The translations under genes and the position numbers were made by a program. Positions 28,674 to 37,268 of a DNA stretch of 64,000 nucleotides are shown here, one piece after another (positions within the stretch are counted from its first letter, which is position 1; every line of letters starts with the position of its first letter). The notes under the pieces are model-generated. The model saw only the letters and a program-made list of their open reading frames with translations, was not told the origin of the DNA and did no database searches. The stretch is taken from positions 124,001-188,000 of IMG/VR virus record IMGVR_UViG_3300046542_000248. The stretch is one strand, 5' to 3'.

Positions 28674-29324
28674 ATGAAAAGATCTGATATTGATAGTATT
28701 TGTGTCGGTGATAAATTTAAAGATGATCAAGGGGTACTATTTAAGATTAGAACGTTTCATGGTAGTAGACATGTTTGGTGTGAATGCTGCGAACATCCTG
28801 ATCCTGAACGTCCTTATCCTTTAGACCATTATGATTGCTATTTCTTACGTGATAAAACATTACTAGATCGAATCAATGATTATCATGATGAAATTACAAT
28901 GGCTGTCGGTGCGTCTACTGCTATACCATATGAAGCTAATCTTATTCTTAAACTTATCATACCACATAGTGAGAATCCTAATCCTATGAGGATTGAAATG
29001 CTTAAGAAAGCAAATAAAAATCTAGATATTCTTAAAGGTATCTTTACTCCTATGCCGGATGAAAGTGAAGGAATGAAGAAAATAATAAGAAAAGGTCTTT
29101 TAACCATCAAGATGGATGGCGATCCTGATCCGGATAATTATATCTTCCAAGGTGAAACGGAAATTATATTGAATAATGACTTCCAACTTGAAAAAACCTG
29201 GAATGGTGACGATACAGAATCCATAATTCCTCCTGATGTGGCTTTAAAAGCTTGTCAACAGGTTGATCAAGAGATTTTTGATTTTATGAAAAAGAATGAA
29301 ACAGAAAAAGCCCAAGAGGAGTAA
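28674..29324 (+). CDS. Hypothetical protein
   Basis: GGAGG RBS; N-terminal Cys/His cluster. Confidence 0.7.
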   Translation: MKRSDIDSICVGDKFKDDQGVLFKIRTFHGSRHVWCECCEHPDPERPYPLDHYDCYFLRDKTLLDRINDYHDEITMAVGASTAIPYEANLILKLIIPHSENPNPMRIEMLKKANKNLDILKGIFTPMPDESEGMKKIIRKGLLTIKMDGDPDPDNYIFQGETEIILNNDFQLEKTWNGDDTESIIPPDVALKACQQVDQEIFDFMKKNETEKAQEE

Positions 29325-29350
29325 TTTCCTCTTGGGTTTCTTTTTTTTTG
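29305..29350. terminator. Terminator hairpin between convergent genes
   Basis: AAAGCCCAAGAGGA...TCCTCTTGGGTTT followed by poly-T. Confidence 0.75.
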
Positions 29351-29353
29351 TTT

Positions 29354-30070
29354 TTATTCGTAACGACGAGTAAATTTACCAGCTTTATTCGGATAGCCTT
29401 TGCTATTGAATCTATCAATAACTTCTTTGCGATCCGACTCTCCACTCTCGAATAGACTAAGTTTAAGATCCACATTACCGATAGGCATACTCAACTGATC
29501 ATAGTGCTTCAGCTTATTGAATATGAAGATCTTAATATCAGCTTCTGCAAGATCTAAGAACTGTTCCACTACAGAATCAGCGATTGAAGAGAATGAAGGA
29601 TAGGTCATCTTGAAAGTAACGTACAAATCAGTTGTACCAAATCCTTTTAACTTCAATCTATTAGGAGGAATGAATTTAAACTTCTTGTAACTATATCCAG
29701 CAGCAGAAGCAATGTTCGTAGCCGCTGAATTTATTAGTACATCTTCAATACTCATATTAAACGGTATATAGCTATCCATCATAGACATACTATCTATACC
29801 AGATTTAATCTGAACATCTGCTACCGAAATGATATGAAGTTTATTCACAGTAATTTCAGGGATATTTAAGTAGAACTCATTTTCAACCGAGGTTTTATTC
29901 TCCTGTGGGTCGAAATCATATCTTCTGTAACACGGAAAATATTGTGAGAAGATAGGAAGAGTATTGGTCATAAGATTCTTATGAATCTCAGGATAAAGAT
30001 AGTTTAACTTATACTCAGGTAATCCTAATCTTTGATTGAGAAGGATATCGAGAATTGTATTGATATTCAA
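29354..30070 (-). CDS. Putative virion (head/neck) protein
   Basis: Downstream of the prohead protease in a late unit; GAGGTG RBS; function inferred from context only. Confidence 0.55.
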   Translation of the reverse strand: MNINTILDILLNQRLGLPEYKLNYLYPEIHKNLMTNTLPIFSQYFPCYRRYDFDPQENKTSVENEFYLNIPEITVNKLHIISVADVQIKSGIDSMSMMDSYIPFNMSIEDVLINSAATNIASAAGYSYKKFKFIPPNRLKLKGFGTTDLYVTFKMTYPSFSSIADSVVEQFLDLAEADIKIFIFNKLKHYDQLSMPIGNVDLKLSLFESGESDRKEVIDRFNSKGYPNKAGKFTRRYE

Positions 30071-30103
30071 TTATATCACCTCAATTCTTTTTTGCTTTTT
30101 ATA

Positions 30104-30991
30104 TTAGCGAAGACCACGAAGGATATTTTTGTAGTTATCTTTAACGTAAGATTCTACAGGAACAAATACTTTAATGGAAGATCCAAGATGAGATCCTTCA
30201 AGAATGATTTGACCTTTATCATTGAAAGTTCCAGCAGACTCTTCAAGTCCGAATAGTTCCTTAGCAATCTTGATATTATCAGACGCTTCAAGAACGAAGT
30301 TAGTGATTTGTTGAGTGATAGTGCTTGATTCCATCAAGTATGTGAGGGAACACTCTTGCAAGAAGGAATCAGTATACACATTGGTACCAGTTACATCACT
30401 AGGAGTAGCATAGGACTCTACATGAGAAGGTCTGTTTACTTGATCATAAGTGATGATAGTCAAAGGCCATACAGCAACGCTATTGGAATCAGTTGCTCCG
30501 AATGCACGAAGCGAGAAGCCCCAAGGACGACCTGCCATAAGTTTGTTATACATATCAAATCCATAACCAAATGGGGCAGTTGTTACACTGGCTTTAAGGA
30601 GATTACCCTCTTGCCAAGTTTTGTCGATATAGTGAGATACAAATGGATCAAGAACTTGGGATTGACGAGTAACATCCTTACTATCTGGATGACACCATTC
30701 TCCAGCCCATTGTTTTACCTTCATATCATTTTGAATCTTAGGGTTTTCAGCAATACCCCTCATTACTACTTTACCTGGATAATTACGACCGTTCCAGTTG
30801 ATACGATCAAAACTTTGTAGTACAGATTCGGCAGTTACAGTTTTAACTTTACCATCTGTACCATTAACTGTGTTCTCTCTTAGGATATTAGTTTTAATAT
30901 CCCCAGGATTTACAGCAGCTTCTACGATATAATAGATTGGAAATTCTTTCTTTGTAACTTGTGCGAACATAGTTATCAATCCCTTCCTCAA
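30104..30991 (-). CDS. Prohead (head maturation) serine protease, T4 gp21/phiKZ gp175-like
   Basis: NWNGRNY, GEWCHP (catalytic His), GFSLRAFG (catalytic Ser), TYDQVNRPSH. Confidence 0.88.
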   Translation of the reverse strand: MRKGLITMFAQVTKKEFPIYYIVEAAVNPGDIKTNILRENTVNGTDGKVKTVTAESVLQSFDRINWNGRNYPGKVVMRGIAENPKIQNDMKVKQWAGEWCHPDSKDVTRQSQVLDPFVSHYIDKTWQEGNLLKASVTTAPFGYGFDMYNKLMAGRPWGFSLRAFGATDSNSVAVWPLTIITYDQVNRPSHVESYATPSDVTGTNVYTDSFLQECSLTYLMESSTITQQITNFVLEASDNIKIAKELFGLEESAGTFNDKGQIILEGSHLGSSIKVFVPVESYVKDNYKNILRGLR

Positions 30992-31003
30992 TATAGGTAC
31001 TAT

Positions 31004-31062
31004 TAATGTAGTGTTCGACTGTAAAAAAGCTGTACAAATGTATAACTCGAAACATTTGAATA
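31004..31062. promoter_or_regulatory. Divergent pair of late promoters
   Basis: Minus strand AACA CTACAT TA (31015-31004); plus strand AACA TTTGAA TA (31051-31062). Confidence 0.7.
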
Positions 31063-31097
31063 ATGTAATCTATTCAATGAAAGGATGTGTACCATAA

Positions 31098-31790
31098 ATG
31101 ATTAATGGATTCTATAATAGCAAATTACTGTCGGGTAAAAAATCACAAATGCTTCAAATGGCAGTACCTTTTAGCCATGAAGATGAATCAGAAATTGTTG
31201 CCCCTATTGATGGTGATCTTGCTCTTGAGGCAATGATCCTATCACTAACTGAGACTCTCAATGAGTATATTGAAGCAAATACTGAAATGGTTCAATTACA
31301 AGAGGGTGTTACTCAAGTAGTAAGAAAAGTTAAAGACTCTGTAGCAAAAACAGTTGTAAGATTTACACTAGCTGATAAAGAAATGTCTGAAAAAATCAAT
31401 GATAAGTTTAATAGGTACATTAAACTCTTTAGAGAAAATAAGAGAAATGCTGCTTATGATACTATCGTTAAAAGTTCTATTAATCTTTCCAGAATGCTGA
31501 AAAATCTTTTAGGGTCATTTATCCTTGGACTCTTAATTCCTGGTGGTATTCCTGTAAAGATTGTTACTGCTGTAACTGCAATCATTGTTAAAACTGCTAT
31601 GGATAAGAGAGCAGACTCTAAGTATAAGAATCTTATCTTTAATGATTTGAAATTTGAAATTCAAGTTGTTAAGGAGAAGCTTAGAGATGCTGAGACTAGA
31701 GGAGATATCAAAGCCAAGTATAAACTCTTGAGAATTGAAAATCAACTTGGTCGAGCAATGAACAGAATTCAATACAACTTGAAAGAATAA
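31098..31790 (+). CDS. Putative internal head/ejection protein
   Basis: Late promoter; N-terminal LxE motifs (ALEA, IEAN, LQEG); hydrophobic hairpin; upstream of the capsid gene. Confidence 0.55.
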   Translation: MINGFYNSKLLSGKKSQMLQMAVPFSHEDESEIVAPIDGDLALEAMILSLTETLNEYIEANTEMVQLQEGVTQVVRKVKDSVAKTVVRFTLADKEMSEKINDKFNRYIKLFRENKRNAAYDTIVKSSINLSRMLKNLLGSFILGLLIPGGIPVKIVTAVTAIIVKTAMDKRADSKYKNLIFNDLKFEIQVVKEKLRDAETRGDIKAKYKLLRIENQLGRAMNRIQYNLKE

Positions 31791-31804
31791 TAGGAGGTGC
31801 CAGA

Positions 31805-32542
31805 ATGAGTGATGTTGCTAATAAGCTTCGGCTTATAATGGAAGGTGGTCTACTATTAGAAGCACCTGAAGATAAGTATGATCTTCCAAGTGGAGGTAGT
31901 GATAAAGCACCACCTATTCCTAAGGATGATACTGCTACTGATGATACTAATAAAGGAGGTGATACTACAAATACCGATGGAAACGAAAATACCGATGATA
32001 ACAAAAGTACTGACCCGACTGATCCTTCTACCAGTGATGATAATGCTGGCACTGATGACGATGCTGGCGGGAATTATGATCTTGATGACGACAGTTCTGA
32101 TGACGATAGTGGTACTGATGACGCCCCTATCACTTCTGATACTGGAGATGCTGACACTACTGGGACTGAGGATACGGCGGCTACTCCACCGGCACCGAAA
32201 GTTGGAGAACTCTTAAACATTGATCCTAAAGCTAGAGCTATCCTCATTTATAATAACTTTGAGAGATATCGAGATCTTAGGGATGATACTAGTAGATTAA
32301 TTAGTGAACTTTCAGAATTTGTTCCTACTAATGATGATATCAGATTGGTAGTAAATACTACTATTGAAAAGGGAACTGATCTTGTAAATAAACTCACTGA
32401 TTATATTTTATATAAGTACTCTGATAATTCTTATGAAATTAACTATTATAATTTTATGCAATTTATTCTGGAGAAGCGTCTACTAGGCGAACTTTATGCT
32501 AATATCATTAAGTCCTCATCTCAGGTCAAAAAGAATAAATAA
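31805..32542 (+). CDS. Acidic Asp/Thr-rich head (scaffold/core-like) protein
   Basis: IMEG/LLEA motifs, long D/T/G low-complexity tract, immediately upstream of the MCP gene. Confidence 0.6.
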   Translation: MSDVANKLRLIMEGGLLLEAPEDKYDLPSGGSDKAPPIPKDDTATDDTNKGGDTTNTDGNENTDDNKSTDPTDPSTSDDNAGTDDDAGGNYDLDDDSSDDDSGTDDAPITSDTGDADTTGTEDTAATPPAPKVGELLNIDPKARAILIYNNFERYRDLRDDTSRLISELSEFVPTNDDIRLVVNTTIEKGTDLVNKLTDYILYKYSDNSYEINYYNFMQFILEKRLLGELYANIIKSSSQVKKNK

Positions 32543-32637
32543 AAAAATAACTTCGAGAGAAGCAACATAAAATCGAGGTTTTAGAAAAACCAACAAAGAA
32601 TAAATATTTTAACTTACTCTTAAGGAGGAATTTCAAA

Positions 32638-34281
32638 ATGGCTAATCGCGACTTTCTTGAATTGTCCATGGGTATGACTACTGCTTCCGATCCTGCGGTT
32701 TCGAACTTCTATGCGAAACTGTTTGAATCTCATGGTGGTAATGTTTCTGGTGACTTGGCTAGTATTTTCAAAAGCAAAGAATCCGCACAATCTTTCTTGG
32801 AATCCGTAAACGAGGTTTTGGCTGAAAGCACTTACGAAGGTCAAGGTCTTGCGAATTCCATCTTGCGTGAAGATGCTGCAGCTCGTGCAGTGTCCATGCA
32901 AAACGTAGTAAACGAGATGCTTACTGAAGCAACTCAACAAGGCCTATCGGCTCTTAAACCGATCTCCTTGACATCTTTCGGGTTCCAAATCCGTTCGTAT
33001 GTTAAAGCAGTTATGCATCGTGCAGTTAAAACGATTCAAGCTGAGCGTCCAAGTTTCAAAATCACTGAGCGTAAGCAATACGTGATCGACATTGCTGGTA
33101 ACAAACATTATTTCACTGATGCATTCAACCGTAACTCGGATTTGGTGAACAACCTTCATCAAAAATTCGATTTCACAGTTACTGCACCAACAACGGCTTA
33201 TGATATCTTCACATCCGGTTCGATCGACAAGCGTAACAAGCTTGGAATCGACGTAGTTCTAAAATCTTTCACTGGTGTTAAAACCGATGGTACGACTGCT
33301 GAAGTTGCTGGCGATTTGAAAATCGTTGGACGCAACCGTCAGATCGACATCGAAACTGGTCGTTTCAGCGTTGATGTAACAATCGGACCTGAATTGACTA
33401 AAGCTACAATCATGGGCGAGATCGACTTCGAAGCTGCTGTTCTTACAAGCATCTCCGCAACTTCTTCCCGTGTTAAAACAGTAACTTTCGGTGCTCGTTT
33501 GTCTTCCGAAACTCATTTGAAAGCACTTCAAACTGGTTTCGAACACAAACACACAAACGTTGCTATTCCAGACGGCGCACACATCGAAGTGAACCCATCC
33601 GTTGAGTTCCTTGATGATGTAACTCGTATGACTGGTATCAACGTACTTGAAGAGTACACAAATCAAATGGGTCAATTGGTTGAGCAGTTGGAAGACCGCA
33701 CAATCTATGAGGCTCTTAAGGATCTTGAATCCCAAGCAATCCTTGCAAAAACTTTCAATGTAACTCCGGATGCGAGCTTCTCCCTTGGTCGTGAAGAATG
33801 GCTTCGTCGTGAGTTCCACCCGTTCATTGAGCGTATTTGTATCCGTCTTAAAGCTGAACTTCAGCTTGATGATTGCCACTTCCGTGTAGTTGGTAACCCG
33901 ATTGATATTCGTGTACCAAATGCATCCGGCGAGCAATACATCTTCCGTCGTAACCAGGATATGACTGGTGCTTCGCAAATCAACTATGATTTCGCGGTAA
34001 TGAGCACTGGTAACACTGTGTTCTACCTGTCTACAGATCGTGTAGCACCAGGTAAAATCTATGTTAACCTTATCCCTAACAGCATTCAAAACAACATCAT
34101 CACAGTTAACCACTACCGTTATGCTAACTATGTTAGCAACAAATACCGTAGCTCGGTTAACCCAGCCCTTCCGGCTATCATGGTGTCCAGCCGCTACCAA
34201 ACTAAGGAATACAATCCTGTTATGGCGGTTATCACTATGGACAATAACTACAGCGACTTCTACACTGGCAGATACGCATAA
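32638..34281 (+). CDS. Major capsid protein precursor
   Basis: 547 aa, strong codon bias, perfect AAGGAGG RBS, LxE-rich propeptide, UUCG terminator, position near the protease; possible late promoter variant AACA TAAAAT CG at 32564. Confidence 0.8.
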   Translation: MANRDFLELSMGMTTASDPAVSNFYAKLFESHGGNVSGDLASIFKSKESAQSFLESVNEVLAESTYEGQGLANSILREDAAARAVSMQNVVNEMLTEATQQGLSALKPISLTSFGFQIRSYVKAVMHRAVKTIQAERPSFKITERKQYVIDIAGNKHYFTDAFNRNSDLVNNLHQKFDFTVTAPTTAYDIFTSGSIDKRNKLGIDVVLKSFTGVKTDGTTAEVAGDLKIVGRNRQIDIETGRFSVDVTIGPELTKATIMGEIDFEAAVLTSISATSSRVKTVTFGARLSSETHLKALQTGFEHKHTNVAIPDGAHIEVNPSVEFLDDVTRMTGINVLEEYTNQMGQLVEQLEDRTIYEALKDLESQAILAKTFNVTPDASFSLGREEWLRREFHPFIERICIRLKAELQLDDCHFRVVGNPIDIRVPNASGEQYIFRRNQDMTGASQINYDFAVMSTGNTVFYLSTDRVAPGKIYVNLIPNSIQNNIITVNHYRYANYVSNKYRSSVNPALPAIMVSSRYQTKEYNPVMAVITMDNNYSDFYTGRYA

Positions 34282-34302
34282 GAAGATAGTTAGCTAGAAG
34301 AT

Positions 34303-34332
34303 TCCCAGCGGTTTCGGCCGCTGGGAGTTTTT
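34303..34332 (+). terminator. Intrinsic terminator (UUCG loop)
   Basis: CCCAGCGGT-TTCG-GCCGCTGGG followed by a T tract. Confidence 0.85.
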
Positions 34333-34389
34333 ATTTGATTTTAAGAATAGAACTTAATATAAATATGACTAATTTAAGGAGGAACGTCC

Positions 34390-35580
34390 GTGAACAAATT
34401 CGTATTTCAATTTCTAGCAAGTATGTTAGATGAGTTGAGACACAATCAACGTAATCCAAAAGATACAATTGATCGTATCAAAAATACTCTTAATAACGAG
34501 ATCTCTATTCCTTGTATTAATGTAGTGGTTAATAAATCTGCTACTGCTCAAAACTTCTATGGGATGATTGTATTCCCTAAGACTATTCTATCTGATCAGA
34601 AAGGTATTGAGATCAAGAGTTATGTAGTTGAGATTCAACAACAGCTCTTGGATGTACTAACTGGTCAACAACTTGCTGCTATGCTTATCCATGATCTATC
34701 TCATAACGTAATGACTTATACTGCGATTGAAAGATTCAAAGCAGCTATCTACCATGCATGTAAAATGTCGAATATGAAAGTAATTGACATCATGTATAAT
34801 ATTGATAGCAAAGCTCGTGATCTTGCATTGCTTGATATCGCAAACCGTTCTTATAAAGATCCAGTAGTTCCTGATACTGAGATGTATGAAGCAGACCGTA
34901 TCCTAGTTGATATGGGAATCTGCGATTACTTCAACTCAGCTATTCAAACTATTGCGAGAGAAGTAGAAGAATTCGATCTATCTAATCCTGATGATCAATA
35001 CGTAGCTGATACCTATATTGCTACCATGCTGATTAAAATTGTCATGGAAAAAGCAAAAGGTATGACTCGTCAGTATCAATGGCATAAACAATTCGTAGAG
35101 AAAACCTACGATACTAATATCTTCAAAATGTTCCCTTCGATTGATATCGAATTGAAAGAGGAACAGTTCGGACAACGTATCTCCGAGATTGAGGATCTTA
35201 AACCGTATGAACTTTCAATGCTGCAAGAAACTACTCTTGCTTATATTGAGAGTAAACAAAAGTTGAATGAAGCTTCTCTTATTATCGAGAGCGTATTTAA
35301 GCAAAAACGTCCTAATACTACAGCTCTGCAAAAAGAAATTGATATCATCACTTTCAAAATGCAGAATATGGCATCTAACTATGAGAGACTGTATCTTCTT
35401 GATCGGGTATATGATAGTATCTACCTTATCGAGAAGTATCTTGATCAGAATCCTGAAGATGAGGTTATCAATGGATACTTTAAGAAGTTCCTCGATCTTC
35501 CTCAAGTAATGAAAGATATGAAACCTTCCAAAAAACAATACGGCGTATTCATTGAATATCCCGCTGGTTATGAAGGCTAA
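34390..35580 (+). CDS. Putative virion head protein
   Basis: AAGGAGG RBS; clustered LxE motifs (LQET, LNEA, IIES); LIHDLSH; ends YPAGYEG. Confidence 0.6.
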   Translation: MNKFVFQFLASMLDELRHNQRNPKDTIDRIKNTLNNEISIPCINVVVNKSATAQNFYGMIVFPKTILSDQKGIEIKSYVVEIQQQLLDVLTGQQLAAMLIHDLSHNVMTYTAIERFKAAIYHACKMSNMKVIDIMYNIDSKARDLALLDIANRSYKDPVVPDTEMYEADRILVDMGICDYFNSAIQTIAREVEEFDLSNPDDQYVADTYIATMLIKIVMEKAKGMTRQYQWHKQFVEKTYDTNIFKMFPSIDIELKEEQFGQRISEIEDLKPYELSMLQETTLAYIESKQKLNEASLIIESVFKQKRPNTTALQKEIDIITFKMQNMASNYERLYLLDRVYDSIYLIEKYLDQNPEDEVINGYFKKFLDLPQVMKDMKPSKKQYGVFIEYPAGYEG

Positions 35581-35599
35581 TATATAATAACAAGAGGCG

Positions 35600-35878
35600 G
35601 TGCAATATATGTCAGTTGAACAGAATTTAAAGATGATTTTAGAAGGTACTTATATTTCGGAAGCTACATTATACGGTAGTCCGAAAGATAAACAAGCTGA
35701 GATTGAACATATGCAAAGTGTCATAGCAGGTTACGATCGTGCTATTCAACAAGTTAAAGATAATCATTCTAGGCATAATGATCCCGATGGTGATATCAAA
35801 GGACTTGAAGAGAAAAAAGAAAAAATGCAGGCACTTATTGAAAAGGTAAAAACGGGAGTTATCCACGCTCATCGTTAA
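35600..35878 (+). CDS. Small putative head protein
   Basis: ILEG and ISEA motifs; coiled coil. Confidence 0.55.
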   Translation: MQYMSVEQNLKMILEGTYISEATLYGSPKDKQAEIEHMQSVIAGYDRAIQQVKDNHSRHNDPDGDIKGLEEKKEKMQALIEKVKTGVIHAHR

Positions 35879-35894
35879 TTTCTCTATGTTCCAA

Positions 35895-35936
35895 AAAAAA
35901 AGAAGAGTATGCGAGATAATCGCATACTCCTTTTTA
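35895..35936. terminator. Bidirectional terminator
   Basis: A-tract, GAGTATGCGA-GATAA-TCGCATACTC, T-tract, between convergent genes. Confidence 0.8.
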
Positions 35937-35939
35937 CGT

Positions 35940-36599
35940 TTAAGATTTAAAGAATTTGTGAATAGGTACGGTAATGTTATTAACACCAACTTCTCTTGGC
36001 ATGTGATATTGACTCGGATCTGATGCAGATGTAAATTTAATAGATCCAATATCAATTTTAGCTAGAGATACAACTTTGTCAAATAGATCTTTTAATTCTA
36101 CAAATTCTAATATATCAAATTGTAATCTAACATAATCCATATCTTCTTCACATTCAAATTCTCCATCAAAATCTATGAAACTTTGTCCTTGGTAGTTGAG
36201 ATAAACTTGAAGTGAATGTAATTGAATTATATCTACAGGAGGATTAGAGTCGTCACAACTATTCAAATATTCTGGAGTTTTAAACCAAGCACTTAATTTC
36301 TCTTCTATTTCAGAATAGAATTTAGGACGGAAATCATTATCCTCGAATGACATCAATTCAGGGAATAATTTAACATAAGCTAAAGGTTCACACTTCTCTG
36401 CAAAATCATCAATACCCGCATAATCAGCAGCTTTATAAATAGAACCAACTCTTCTTATTTTAATATTACCACGATGACTTTCTGTCATATCATGGATAAG
36501 ATAACTATCATCATGTAGATCGACGATAGTTATATCACCACCAGTTGGATAGCAAGGATAAATCAAAGTTGTTTTCAAATCTTCTACATTTTTATTCAT
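35940..36599 (-). CDS. Hypothetical acidic protein
   Basis: GGAGGAATTTAAA-ATG leader. Confidence 0.7.
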   Translation of the reverse strand: MNKNVEDLKTTLIYPCYPTGGDITIVDLHDDSYLIHDMTESHRGNIKIRRVGSIYKAADYAGIDDFAEKCEPLAYVKLFPELMSFEDNDFRPKFYSEIEEKLSAWFKTPEYLNSCDDSNPPVDIIQLHSLQVYLNYQGQSFIDFDGEFECEEDMDYVRLQFDILEFVELKDLFDKVVSLAKIDIGSIKFTSASDPSQYHMPREVGVNNITVPIHKFFKS

Positions 36600-36611
36600 T
36601 TTAAATTCCTC

Positions 36612-37130
36612 CTATAATTTATCAAATAGACGTTCCATAGTTTCTGAAATTGTACCTTCTGATTCAACTCGTGCTATCTTTGATATCCCTTCTACGCAAT
36701 AAACACGAGGCCATAATGATGAATATAATACTTTAGTTACCTTTTTAAGATTTAAAGCTTTCTTTGCTCGACGAAGAATACGACGTTCACGGCGAGTATT
36801 AGTTTTCTTAGGAGTAAGTATTTTACATCCATGAAATATGTAATACGTTGACATCCTACCAATACTACCAACTCGATAATATCCTGGCTTGCTATCAAGT
36901 AATACTTGTACCGTACCCAATTCAAGTTTAAGTCGATTGATAACTCCTAGCGGATTAAATAGTATTTCGTTAGCTGGCAGCTCAGGTTTAATTACATCCC
37001 TAACTCCATAATGCCCAGTCAATAGAATGCTTGGAATTCTTTTTCTAGTATCAGTAGATATACTTGCTGCTAAAGCATCATCAATGTTTACTGGCTCGGA
37101 ATCACGGATAGTTATTTTTTTGTCAGTCAT
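36612..37130 (-). CDS. Hypothetical basic protein
   Basis: GGAGGAATTTAAA-ATG (37130); early promoter upstream. Confidence 0.7.
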   Translation of the reverse strand: MTDKKITIRDSEPVNIDDALAASISTDTRKRIPSILLTGHYGVRDVIKPELPANEILFNPLGVINRLKLELGTVQVLLDSKPGYYRVGSIGRMSTYYIFHGCKILTPKKTNTRRERRILRRAKKALNLKKVTKVLYSSLWPRVYCVEGISKIARVESEGTISETMERLFDKL

Positions 37131-37168
37131 TTTAAATTCCTCCAAAATAGTATAGTATATTACGAGTA

Positions 37169-37182
37169 AATAATATATATTT
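37169..37182 (-). promoter_or_regulatory. Early-type promoter motif (minus strand)
   Basis: Reverse complement reads AAATATATATTATT. Confidence 0.75.
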
Positions 37183-37209
37183 GTGGCTTTTTAAACAAAC
37201 AGTAGTCTT

Positions 37210-37250
37210 TTTATAGTTAAAACACCTGTATAATAACTTTTAACTATAAA
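37210..37250 (+). promoter_or_regulatory. Late promoter AACA CCTGTA TA within a 13-bp inverted repeat
   Basis: TTTATAGTTAAAA-N15-TTTTAACTATAAA; promoter at 37221-37232. Confidence 0.65.
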
Positions 37251-37268
37251 GGACGGTGAAATAAGCAT

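Noticed and set aside
33259-34200. 313-aa antisense ORF inside the major capsid gene
   Set aside because: It is in the codon-mirrored frame of a strongly biased gene that avoids TTA/CTA/TCA, which removes antisense stops. It has no RBS or promoter and its composition is not protein-like.
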